A DNA stretch of 64,000 nt from Octopus sinensis (Eukaryota). Below, one piece after another: positions 39,793 through 53,370 of the stretch; the stretch's first letter is position 1; every line of letters begins with the position of its first letter. Location: positions 115,196,001 through 115,260,000 of the forward strand of contig NC_042998.1 in NCBI RefSeq assembly GCF_006345805.1. The letters run 5' to 3'. The notes under the pieces were generated by a model. It did no database searches and was not told the DNA's origin. It saw only the letters and a list, made by a program, of their open reading frames with translations. Made by a program: the position numbers and the translations under genes.

Positions 39793-40988
39793 TTTAATTC
39801 AGAAAATATTTATTTTTTATTGCCCACAAGAGGCTAAACATAGAAGAGACAAACGAGGTCAGACAAAGGGATTAAGTCGATTACATTGACCCCCAGTTTG
39901 GAAAATATTCTTTTCTACTCTAGGCACAATGCCCAAAATTTTGCGGGAGAAAGCCAGTCGATTAGATCAACTCCAGTGGACAACTGGTACTGCATTTAAC
40001 TCCGAATATATTATCATAGTTCTTAATTGATTCTTGTACTACGAAATGAGAATTCGAATTAGCAACAGATAATTATTTTAAAAAAATAATAAAATAAACA
40101 AATAATTCAATACATAAAATGTAATAAAATAAAATAAAAATGTTTAAGTATAATAAAAGCTAAATTATCATTTTTTTTTGTTCTTTTGTAATTTATTTTT
40201 CCATCACGATGAACATTGAATATGATATAAACTGGTTCGGTTAATCAGAGTTCAAGTCGAGTTTCCGATTACAGTTTGTGACGAATTATTTGGAGCGGGT
40301 GAAGAAAATTAAAGAAATCAATGCAAACAATTAAGTAAAAAAATGAGGATATGAAGAATAAGTTCTTGGAATATAATTACAAACATTAAAAAAATCCCTA
40401 TATAATATTAATAGGCACTTGATACACTGAACTTAGTAACGAAAATAGTACTAAGTGCTATGATTTTTATTTTATTTATTTTATTTATTATTTTTATTCT
40501 ATTTATTTATTTTGCGTGGTGTTGCTTGTTTTGTTTAGTTTATTCTTTGTCATATTTACTTTCCTTTAGATATCGTCAGAGCTAAGAGTCTCAGGAAATA
40601 TGTTAGGGCAATTGCAGCTTTCCGAAACGGAAGGACACTCCGTCAAGGATGAAATACAAAGAAATTTAACAACAATAACAACAACTGTAACAGCAACGAT
40701 GGCAACAACACCAACTACAACATCAGCAACAAAAGGAAAATTGGATTGGGTAGTGGAGGTGCAATTGTAACTGCCGAGAGGTTTACAGGCAACTTAGAAA
40801 CAAGTTTGTGTTCATTGTACTGACCTAGAGGGACCGTGTCTGTTTATTTATGTATTTAAAGAATGGCTTAAGGACGGGAGTAGGGAGTCGTAATTTGTCA
40901 CCGTTCGTCGTTGGCTGTGTTTTGTGTGATTATGTAATTATATGTATGTGTGTAAAACGTACACGTGTGAGTAAACTTACGTCTATAG

Positions 40989-41029
<41 letters not shown>

Positions 41030-41038
41030 GCGTATCTG

Positions 41039-41077
<39 letters not shown>

Positions 41078-41823
41078 CTATCTCTCTCTCTATATATATA
41101 TATATGTATGTACGTGTTTATCTTTACTCACACACAAATATGTGTGTTCATGCATTTATAGACACACACACATATATTAATATATCGTATGTATATATGT
41201 ATATATCTGTTCGTGTGTGCATATCCTTGTGTCCACTTGTACTTATGTATTCCTGTGTGCAGTGTATGAACGACACAGTAGGGAACTCCTCCTTTCAGCT
41301 AATTACGACCAAATTGAAGAAAACGAAAGCCAATAACTAATAAATAAATAAATAAAGAACGAAAGAAAGAAAAGAAAAGGAGCCAGTAAAAACATACACG
41401 TAAAAATATGAACAAACATTATAGAAAGTGTGTTTTCAGGTAATTATACAGTAGTTACGATAATAAGTTGTCCATCAGAGATGTTTAACGTTGTTGCTGT
41501 GAGACTCACAAGTCTTGGGGTAATTTCCATAGTTATCACATTACCACAGAGAAAGCTAACAGTCTTTAGTAGGACCTGACCACCACCAGCTTCACTACCA
41601 TCGCTAGTACCCATCATCGCCATAATGATGGCAAGTAATATCCACCATATCCATCAGCCCCACCTCCATCACTAAGATGAACGCCTTCAAATCGCTAACA
41701 TCAGCAATGCCACTGACAACATTCGGGGTGTCAGAACTACCAAGTCGAGACCACCAATATTGAAAAAACAAACAAAAAAGGGGCAATAATAAAACCATCA
41801 TCCCAATGGCACTAATATTCAGA

Positions 41824-41855
<32 letters not shown>

Positions 41856-43640
41856 CATTACTGGTTCTGCTGCTGTTGATAATGCTACAACTTTTACTAT
41901 ATCTACAACACTACTACTACTACTACAACTACTACATCTGCTGCATATTCTGCTACTACTACTGCTGCTGCTACCAACATCTTCAGTAGCATTCACCACT
42001 CTTACCATCACCACCACCACCACTAATAATATTCACCAGTGCCTATACCGACACCACTACTACCAACACCACTATTACCACCAACATCAGTACAACTGAC
42101 CTCGTTGCTTTCACTGACACATTCATTAGCACTGGCACATATCTATCACAAAACCACCACCATCACTACTACCACCATCATTATCTCTTATCCAATGAGG
42201 ACCACTACGGTATCAAAGAGGACCAACGCTGACCCACCATCATCATGACCGTCTATGCACTACTACCATGACCACTCCCACAGGCCATCACCACTAAAGC
42301 CATCACCACCACCATGGCCAACAACACCCCAACGAACATCATCACCCTCATTATCCCTAATAACGCCACCACAATCATACGACGACCACCAATAACTCTA
42401 CCATATCTACAACAACCCCTTCCTATCATCATCACCATCACCACACCTCATTACTATTTCCCTCTCTACCTATAAAACCATCACAACCATCAGCAACCCA
42501 ATTCCTACCGCTACCGACCCCAAAACTAAATACCCCACCACCACCATCATCATGAGCAACGTCATCATTACTACGAATACGTTTAGAGTAATTTTTCATC
42601 GGTGGGTCTTAAATACAGCCGTAGACGGAGCAAAGTGGAGATGACCAGAGAAGCTAATGATGAAATGATGACAATAATAACTGGTTTCATGCAACGCTTG
42701 TAGCTGCTTTACTTTAATTCTTACCACCGGACAAAACGTTATCTCTTCAAGTTTCTCTTAATAAGGTCCCAATCGCCATTTTGTTCAATTGTCTCTTGTG
42801 AAATAGACTTTTGACGAGCAAATCATTTCCATACTGTCGTCATCTTCCGGTCGGCTTATTGCATACGAGTTGTGGGTGGCGGGTATAATATAAATAAGAG
42901 GAAGGAAGAGAAGAGAGTGGAATGAAAGAAAGGGAAAGAAGACAGAATGTGATTACAATAGGCACACACATACGCACGATTATATGCACATGCTCCGCAT
43001 ACACATACATATTCATAGAGAGAGTGGGGAGGGAGAAAGAGATCAAGAGGAGAAAGAGAGACACAGATAGATCTAGAATTCGTTATATAGCTTGAAGATC
43101 AGCCAGAGAGACTGAAATGTAGTGGAGTAAATATTTAGACACAGGCAATGCATAGAGACATATATACATATTGTTTGTATGTATGTATGTATGTATGTAT
43201 GTATGTACGTGTGAGTGTGTGTGTGTGTGATATATATCGTTTTGTATTTGATTTGCAAGATTCTGGTTGTGAATTCGTGTATTGAAGTACATTTTATTGT
43301 CTCGGGAGGATCATTATGCCAATATTAATAACACAGGAACTGGTTCAATAACACTACATTATTGTTAGTCAATTGGTTAAATATATAACCAAATAATTAA
43401 TCAATCGTTTGGACAATATGCTGGCTAACCAATCAATCGGTTATCTGTTATTCAAAGTTCATTCTTCGCCGTTCGCAATCTTTACAGAAATGGTTTGCCC
43501 AACACATTAAGCAAGCGATATTTAATTAATTGACGAACAATAAAGAAGTGGTATTGACCAGTGCATGTATTATTATTGACGTAAAGACTCTCCCAAGACA
43601 CAACAAAATTACACACACGCGCGCGTGCACATTCACTATA

Positions 43641-43872
43641 TTATTAAAGCTGCAAAAACATCACAATAAAACTGCTACTCAGAGTTTCGCGCTCCCGTTC
43701 GTCGGACAGTTTTGGTTCTCAATCAAAACTGTCCGACGAACGAGAACGTGTAACTCTGAGTAGCTGTTTTTTGTTGTGTTTTTGTAGCTTTAATAACAAA
43801 GCATATTATTCTCCCGCCGGTATTCGTGTACTATTTTCCCCTCCTTGTTTCACATTTATGTGCTTACTCTGC
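43641..43872. mobile_element. PLE-type fold-back element
   Basis: Arms 43641-43714 / 43724-43796 with a 9-nt loop; degenerate HHR; the right side runs on to (TA)n. Confidence 0.65.
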
Positions 43873-45785
43873 AATATATATATATATATATATATATACA
43901 CAAAGGAATAAATTCAGTTAATTTTGCTCTTCATCACACTTACATATTAGATACGTGCAGATGTTAATGTGATGTCTATAAACCGTCTCTTCGTTAATTT
44001 CATTCCGTTGTCCCAACATTCTTTCAGGCATTTTAATTTCCTTTCAAATCTCAGGATTTTTCATCTCTGATTACAATTCTTTCAACTATAGGAACAAGGA
44101 CTCAAAGTTGGTGGGAGGTGCTAGATGATTACATCGACAAGTACTTATAATATCGTTCCCGAAAGCTGGAAAGGCAAATTCGACTTCGGCGGAATTCGAA
44201 CTCATTGGTAGAATTGCCGCTAAGCATTGTGTCTTGAATGCTAATGGTTCTGTCAGTTCGCCGACTTGGTTTTGTTCATATCAATAAGCGAGGGGAGATG
44301 TAATTGCCTTAAAGTATTCATGTCTATCCAGTTAGATTTTGGATTCAAATATTGTCTGGTTCTGTAAATTACTGGGTGGTATGAGAAGTTGTTCTAATCA
44401 TAAAAATCATTGAGTTATTTAATAACGACGCGTTATATTCTGAGTCCTAATCTCTACAATATAACTTTGGTTTCATCAGTCCAAGGTCGATAAAAGGATC
44501 TTTTCATTTTGATCAGTAGGTCGATAAATTAATTTTTTTTTAACTAAACACTTTCAAACTTTGGATACTGTAGAATGTGTTATATAGAACATCTTTTACT
44601 CTTAGCGTTGTTGAGAAAAGTTTCTATTTACTTTGATATTTCCTAGGGTCGATAAAAGAGAACGTCACTGAAGTTACAGGGGTACAATTTAAAAGCAATA
44701 GAATTATTAAAAAAAAAACTCAGTATTGTCTACGAACCTACAAAGGATTCTCTACAAAGTCATTGAAAGCGCTCGATATAATAACTAAAAATTCCCACAA
44801 ATTATACCATTTTATAATTACCACAAGGAAGTGGCATTGAATACTGAAGTCCTAAACAGACTGTGGTTAATTTATAGTTGCTGTATATTGGTTTCAAATG
44901 TTGGCAGAAGGCCAGCTATTTTAAGGGAGTGTGTAAGTTACTAGTACTAAACTGATCCTTATTTTATCGACACCAAAATGATGAAAAGCAAAGTCGACCT
45001 TGGCAGAATTTGATCTTTGAACGTGAAGACGGGCGAAATGTCGCTAAGCATCTTGCTCGGCGTGCTAACAATTCTGGCAGCTCACTGCTATTTTTGGTTC
45101 CTGTATATTGGTTTCAAGTTGTGGCACAAGGCCAGCTATTTCAAAGGATGGTACTTATTTTATCACCTGGTACTTATTTTATCGACCCCGAAAGGATAAT
45201 TGATAGGGGAAGTAAGAATGAGAAGAAAAATGAAATACGAAAGTTTATTCTGCGAGATTTGAACTCAGAGTGTACGGAGCCGGAACGTATACCATAAGGC
45301 ATTCTCTGAAGCACAATTGATTCAGCCACTTTTCTGCTTTCGGTATACACTTACATATATATAAACTTACAGTAACATATAAATACATACATTCACAGAG
45401 AAAGAACAGCATATAAATATGTATGTGCGCATGATTGTGTATATGTGTAGGCGAGCTAGTGACTAGTTTTTATCGACGTGAGCGCTTGTTGTTAGCGTGT
45501 ACTATATGAAACAGCTTTTGTTAGGTTGATAAATAAGTTAAAACAGCAGCATTGAAACAGAATAAGTGAGGAAACTAAATTCAATTAATGAAACATTTAA
45601 CGCTGGTAAACTTTCCGACTAGATATAATTAAAAATACATTCTTATGGAAAAAATACATAAAAATCTACAAAATAAAATTAGAATAAAGAAAAAAATGCA
45701 AAATATACATGGAAAATTTTAAATTCAGATCATGAACAGTATTTTTTAAAATAATTCTTCTTTTTATTATTATTATTATTATCAT

Positions 45786-45788
<3 letters not shown>

Positions 45789-45823
<35 letters not shown>

Positions 45824-46700
45824 TATATATATATGTACATATATATATATATGTACATATATATATATATGTACATATATGTATATATATATGTACATAT
45901 ATATATATATGTACATATGTATATATATATATATATATGTACATATATGTATATATATATATATGTACATATATATATATATGTACATATATATATATAT
46001 GTACATATATGTATATATATGTACATATATGTATATATATGTGTATATATATATATGTACATATATGTATATATATGTACATATATGTATATATATGTGT
46101 ATATATATATATATGTACATATATGTATATATGTGTATATATATATATGTACATATATATATATATGTACATATATGTATATATATGTATATATATATAT
46201 ATATGTATATATGTATATATATATATATATATGTACATATATGTATATATATATATATGTACATATATATATATATGTACATATAATATATATGTACATA
46301 TATGTATATATATGTACATATATGTATATATATGTACATATATGTATATATATGTATATATATATATATGTACATATATGTATATATATGTACATATATG
46401 TATATATATGTGTATATATATATATATGTACATATATGTATATATGTGTATATATATATATATGTACATATATATATATATGTACATATATGTATATATA
46501 TGTATATATATATATATATGTATGTATGTATATATGTATGTATGTATATATATGTATATATTTATATATATGTATATATGTATACGTATATTGTTAATGC
46601 ATGTGAATGTACTTATGTATGTTGTATACATATATGAATGCCTATATATATATGTGTGTGTGTGTGTATGTATATATATAGAGATAGATAGATAGATAGA
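45789..46700. repeat. Quasi-palindromic (TA)n/GTAC satellite
   Basis: ATATATGTACATATAT units with TGTA/TGTG variants; almost purely alternating purine-pyrimidine. Confidence 0.9.
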
Positions 46701-47224
46701 TATAGATATAGATATATAGAAGTACATGTAATGTGTGTGTAATTATTTATGTGTGTGATAAAAATTAGAAATTTCATAATAAAATATGAGACCTACGTTG
46801 AACAATAAAATTTAATACGTAAGTATATCGAATCGTAGTATCCCGTAGGAGTGTATCTCTAACAACAAGTTTAGGAAACCAATGCGATCTTGACAAGTTT
46901 TTATTAAAAATTCTTTTTCTTTCTAGATTTTAAAATATATATGTCCCGCTGCTGCCTACCTCACCATCTTACTCCTTCAAAATTCCCCACTCATCAACCT
47001 TCACTGCCGATTTTTCTAAGAGTGTAAAGGGGAGAATGGAGAGATATAATACAGGGTTATGACATTTGCGAATTAGGTGAAATGCTTATTCTTGTGAACA
47101 TACGTAATTATTGTACTGTGCACTGAGGTGAGAAACTACAGAACGCACTCCTGAATACACACACACAGGCACACGCACATGTGCACGCACAAAAATGGGT
47201 TCGTATATGTAAGCATGTATAATT

Positions 47225-47232
47225 ATATATAT

Positions 47233-47273
<41 letters not shown>

Positions 47274-47402
47274 GGATATACAGAGTATATATATATATAT
47301 TATATATATGGATATACAGAGTATATATATATATATATTATATATATGGATATACACAGTATATATATATATATATATATTATATATATGTGGATATACA
47401 CA

Positions 47403-47439
<37 letters not shown>

Positions 47440-47460
47440 TATATATGTGGATATACACAG

Positions 47461-47496
<36 letters not shown>

Positions 47497-47509
47497 GTGG
47501 ATATACACA

Positions 47510-47550
<41 letters not shown>
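47225..47550. repeat. Minisatellite, GGATATACA(C/G)AG + (TA)n unit, about 7 copies
   Basis: GGATATACA recurs near 47273, 47310, 47348, 47391, 47449 and 47499, with a partial unit near 47233. Confidence 0.8.
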
Positions 47551-47551
<1 letters not shown>

Positions 47552-48533
47552 TTATATATATGTATTTATATATTAATATATAGTGTATATGCATTTAAAT
47601 ATGTACATATTTATACTTATATACATATATATGTGTGTGTATGCTTGTATATTTATATGTGTGTGTATGCTTGTATATTTATATGTGCATGTGTGTCTCT
47701 ATACCTATATACTGTATGTATATACATTGCATATACAATTATATGTATGTATATATGTGTATGTATGTGTGAGTTAGAGAATGTTCGTGCAGTAAAATAA
47801 ACTTAAATCTATCGTTTATTAGATTAAAAATTCTAAGTTCGTTTATGGCATAAGCAATGATTAATTTTGCTTCTTAAATACATTATTTTTCAATAAGTAT
47901 ATAAAAACATAAGTGAAAATGTAATAAGATATTACAACCAAATAATTTCATAGAAAAAATACAATAACTTATTACTATTAAATAAAGTGCTGCTTTTTAG
48001 ATATACATAATTGTATTTTCTATGTCATCTTTAGCCTCAAGTTTTAATATATATTGTTTCAGTGTAGATAAATATTAACAAATATAAGAATTATTTTCTT
48101 ATGCAGAATTTTACTTCATTTTACATTCTAAAGAATTTTTATTAGATCACAGGGGAGAAACATTTTCCATTTTGTGAGCACACGTGTGTGTGTGTGTGTG
48201 TGTGTATGTGTATCTATATATTTAGACACTTTTAGAAGAAAGAAAAATAAAGTCTTTGAAAAGAAATGTTATAACGTATGTAAAATTCAACACCAGAGGA
48301 AAAAATAAAAGGAACTGAATAAAAGTAGCGAAACCGTACGAAAACATTAAGTAGAATTATCATAAAAATAGCACGCATTGTGATAGATAGAATGTAAAGT
48401 TGTTAATTCAACATGGGAATTTTAATGGTACATCTGCACGCGCACATATACATATACATGTACATACATACATACATACACACATACATACATACATACA
48501 CACATACACACATACATACATACATACACACAT

Positions 48534-48585
<52 letters not shown>

Positions 48586-49772
48586 TCATAGAAAAACATA
48601 TTTTGGGGTGACTGTTCATGTATACGTAAGTGGATGTATGTGTTTTATCTCTCTGTCTATCCGCCTAACTATCTGTCTATCTCACAGGTATTACTGTGCG
48701 GGTAAGAAACTCCCTTTGCAACACTGTTGTTTCATGTTCCGTTCTGCTATGTGGCAGCATTAGCAAGTGTCTTCTATTACAGCCCTGCGTAGCCGTAGTC
48801 CATTGATTGAAACAAGAAGATAAAACATTTATATTTATAAAACACACACACACACACGTATGAATGTACGTTTCAGAAGCTTTCTTCGCGTGCATTCGGT
48901 TTTGAGTTGGGTTCTATGGTTCTCCATGGCCTTGGAAACAAGACCAGAGCAGAGAAACTGTATGTAAACCAGTCGTTAACATGTATACGGGTATACGTTT
49001 GTTCGAACGTGTGTGTGTGAGAATGTGAGAGAGTGGATGTGTGTTTTTGTATGTGTGTATGTGTGTATATGTGTACGTACATATATACACAGATCATGGG
49101 AGATCTAGGGAAAAGCAGTGTACTTTCGTGTTGCCCCTGGGCCTAAAAGTGATAGATGTTACTGTTCATGCTGACAAGGTTTGTAATATACAAGATTGCA
49201 TTGTAAAAGTTTCGATATTCAACACTGATAATATGCCTTTGAAAGGTTGAGCGATAATTTGTTTTGTCAAACTACCTATAGATTTTCAAAGCCAGTTCTT
49301 GCTTAGCCTCTATATTTTACAATTGGTGTCAATCAATGACTCTCTGACTTGCCTCAAAAAAATCTCTACGAAAAGTCTTGGTACAGACTTTGTACCTTAC
49401 ATGTTGGAGTCCAATTGGATTTATAACTCAAAATGAACCACGGACAATTTATCGTGATTTCAAAGTGTTCTGGAGCGATATCCTTATATTGTAGCTCAGC
49501 TGAAATGATATTTTTTAGATCAGTGTCTGAGAATCAAGGACATTTCTATTCTGGCACTGAGTAATAGGTATGCTGGCTCCAAGATCAGCATAGATTCTTC
49601 TTTTCTTCTAGGAGCTGGACGAGATTCTTTCAGAAAGGGAAGAACGAATTATGTTCATCTCGGCGTTTATCTTCCATAATTGCATTATATGCGTGTGTGC
49701 TTATATATTTGGCACACGCACATGCATACACATTTGTAGAGAGAAAAAGAAAGCGACCAAGCATAAAATAAT

Positions 49773-50892
49773 CCTTTCTAATAAAGGCACAAGGCCTGCA
49801 AATTTGGGGAGGGGCTAGTCGATTACATCGACGCCAATGTTTCACTGATACTTAATTTATCGACCCCGAAAGGATTAAATGCAAAGTCGACCTCGGCAGA
49901 ATTTGAACTCACAACGTAAAGACGGACGAAATGTTGCTAAACATCTTACCCGGCTTGCGAAGGATTCTCTTTTATACTCTAGGCACAAGGCCTGAAATTT
50001 TTGGTGAGGGTCTCAGTCGATTCAGTCTACTCCAGTACGCAACTGGTACTTAATTTATCGACCCCGAAAGGATGAAAGCAAAGTCGACCTCGGCTAAATA
50101 TAGACGGGACAAACAAGGACAGTCAAAGAGATTAAGTCGACTACATCGACATCAGTGCGTAATTGGTACTTATTTAATCGACCCTGAAAGGATGAAAGGC
50201 AAAGTCGAAATCGGCGGAATCTGAGCTGAAAACGTAGCAGCAGACGAAATACCGCCAAGCATTTCACCCGGCGTGCTAACGTTACTTATTTCTTTACTGC
50301 CAACAAGGGGTTAAACACAGAGGGGACAAACAAGGACAGATAAAGAGATTAAGTCGATTAAATCGACCTCAGTCGTAACTGGTACTTAATTTATCGACTC
50401 TGAAATGATGAAAGGCAAAGTCGACCTCGCCGAAATTTGAACTCAGAACATAGCGGCAGACGATATACCTATTTCTATTTCTTTACTACCCACAAGGGGC
50501 TAAACACAGAGAGGACAAACAAGATAAGACAAACGGATTAAGTCGATTATATCGACCCCAGTGCGTCACTGGTACTTAATTTATCGACACCGAAAGTTTG
50601 AAAGGCAAAGTCGACCTCGGCGGAATTTGAACTCAGAACGCAGCGGCAGACGAAATACCTATTTCTTTATTACCCACAAGGGGCTAAACATAGAGGGGAC
50701 AAACAAGGACAGACATAGGTATTAAGTCGATTACATCGACCCCAGTGCGTAACTGGTGCTTAATTTATCGACCCCGAAAGGATGAAAGGCAAAGTCGACC
50801 TCGGCGGAATTTGAACTCACAACGTAACGGCAGACGAAATACCGCAAAGCATTTCGCCCAGCGTGCTAACGTTTCTGCCAGCTCGCCGCGTT
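49773..50892 (-). mobile_element. SINE family B concatemer (6 units or partial units)
   Basis: Full head at the 50889 end, four tail-B and two tail-A units; TSD CAAGCAT(A/G)AAATAAT at 49758-72 and 50893-50907. Confidence 0.85.
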
Positions 50893-52889
50893 CAAGCATG
50901 AAATAATGAAAAGAATATCGACAGAAAGAAAGAAGGTAAGAAGGGAACGTTGGCAGAGAGGTGCTATGAGAAGCATAAATACAATTGTCAAGCTTTTAAC
51001 CTCTATCGTCCTTCTGCATCCTATAACCCTCCCCATTATTTAAGCCCCACGTTTATATAAATCTTGCATAGTGTATATTCACGTAATATAAATATTTTCG
51101 GGCAATAATATACTCCTTCATACTAGCAAAGCATTTCGTTGAATGAATGGATGAAATGAAAAGGAGCCTAAGTGTGACAATAGAAAAGATTGGCTAATGG
51201 CAGGCATGGATAGCTTATATATTGGACAGGTGAAGGTGCATATGCGAGAAATTGTGTTGTGGATGGCGGCACAGTTGTTAGATTTTGCCTTTGTAATTGT
51301 TGTAGTTCTGTTCAGTCAACGTAACACTAAGTTGACACCAATTAAAAAGCTATCAAGCGATTATTGATGACAGCCCACTTCATCTTAAACAGCTGTAAAT
51401 GTGAAATATGTTCAGCGTTTGTGTATGCGGCTGTGTATGAGTTTCTACGTGTGTATGTTTGTGTGTGAACGCATGTATGTCTGCGCATATTGTAGGAATA
51501 GGGAGGTCTTCTAAGTCAGTGTTTATACCCAAATATATTTTATGGTTGTAGTCAATGGGGGAAAGAACATTATTAGAGAACTAAACGGTGCCACTGAAAT
51601 AACTAGAAAGAGAGAAAACACAATGCTTTAGTTAATGTTGCCTTATTGTTGTTGTTAATAGCTCAAGATTGTGTTAGGGATTCAGCGGACTTATGCGCAA
51701 AAAGCACCCGTTTTGTGGGTGTTATCATCACTGTAAAGGAGCTTCTGCGTGGCCAACTGTTTGCGAAAAATAGCTGCCGAATCTCTTTCAAGTTACACTC
51801 AGTTAAATATGTTTAAATCCAAATCTCCATGGAATACATAGAGTAGAAGGAAGACGATGAGAATATGAAAAAACAGCACCAACAGAACTAATAATCCTTT
51901 CTTTTCTACCATTAGCGCGAGGCTTGGAATTTTGTTGGAGGGTACTAGTGGATTACATCAATCGCAGTGGTTTACTGGTATATATTTTATCAATGTCGAA
52001 ATTATGAGTGGTAAAGTTGACCTCGGCGGAATTTGAACTCAGAACCGAAACATTCTGTCCGGTGTATGTCAATAACACTCATACACACACACATATTAAT
52101 ATGCACACACACACACACATGTGTATGTGCATGTGTCTATTAACAGCCAGTTTTGAACCACGTAAATTAGCGATGAGAAAAATAAGGCCGAGAAAATAAA
52201 ATGATTGTGATCTCAAGTTTAGTTACACGTCCAGTCATTCTGTGTTGAGTGGGCTTGGCCGATACGATCAAAACTAGTACTCGATCTGTATTTTATTCTT
52301 CCCTAAAACGTGGGTAAAAGGAAAAGTTGGATGCGGCGTTATTTGAACTCTGAAATTAAAGAGTCGGAATACTGCAATTTTGTTTGACTATTTAGAGTTT
52401 CTGCTATTACGTGAACACCGTATCAATAACAAAATTTTTGTTTGTTTTATTCATTTAACAATTTAAAACAATTTCCCCCCAAAATATGTTATGGAGTAAA
52501 GTTATCTTAGTCCAGGTAGGAAAATGTTAAAGTTATTTACTAACCGAATTACTGGGATAATAAAACATGTTGTTTTATGGTGGATCAACTGAGATCAAGT
52601 AGATCAAGCATTCTTGTCGTAACAGTAGCATTCGTACTTCTATTTACAAATATGTCCTTCTTTTTAAAGATGTCAGCATACACAATAATGGATATTTGAC
52701 TGCTATTTCTTGAAGGTTCAATAATTCTCCGTTCATGCCCACTCGTTGGCATGTTTGTAGCGGATGAAAAATTACTGGATCGACTTTAATTTTATTATGA
52801 AACTTATTTTTATGTATTTCAGAAGGGTGAGTTGTAAAAATAAAATTCCGCAGGATTTTCCCTGAGAATCAGGATGTTGATGGAAAAAC

Positions 52890-53370
52890 TGAAGGAATAA
52901 AGCATCTTAGTAAATTCCTTACCATCCTCTCTCTCGCCATTCTCATGTTATTAAATGAAGATAATCATCACTTAATTTAATTTTCTGGTCAAATTTGCAT
53001 CAGTAATTCTTGGAGACAATACCAATCTAATAATATTTCTAAAGTCTAATTTCATAACAATGTTTCCATCCGAGATAATTCTTTATTTCCTCCTCTTATC
53101 CGTCTTCCATTCTCAACTTCCATTATTTTATCCCAGGTCCATAATAACTTCCAGCTCTATAATAACTTGATTCTTCATTAATATTTTCCATGTATTTCAA
53201 TTTAGCATTTTCTAAAGAATGTCTTGATAGTTATATGTTAATCGGCCTCATGTATTCTATTGATATCTTCAAATATTTGTGTCCACCACAGTTTGAAGTT
53301 TGATTTCCTAACTTATAAGCCAATTAATATGTCTTCTATTGAAGAGCATGTTGAAAGATGGCGGTGGTGG
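52890..53370 (-). mobile_element. Very old R4/Dong-like RT remnant
   Basis: Fragmentary LQTVVDT..IFEDI and downstream pieces colinear with the 26640-27330 remnant. Confidence 0.35.

Noticed and set aside
41604-42560. Thr/His/Pro-rich mucin-like ORFs, also at 11615-12025 and 59721-60901
   Set aside because: Degenerate ACC/ACT/CAT trinucleotide tracts that are open in several frames, with no splice or domain support.
45666-46727. Long ORFs (353, 292, 254 aa) and similar YI/HT-rich ORFs elsewhere
   Set aside because: They are translations of (TA)n/(CA)n repeats, which lack stop codons by construction.
49600-49700. Candidate exon after TTCTTTTCTTCTAG (ELDEILSEREERI)
   Set aside because: No convincing donor site, and the surrounding sequence looks more like a CR1-type LINE remnant.
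49773-50892. Regular repeats superficially like a CRISPR array
   Set aside because: The units are whole SINE bodies with no unique spacers, there are no cas genes, and the context is eukaryotic.
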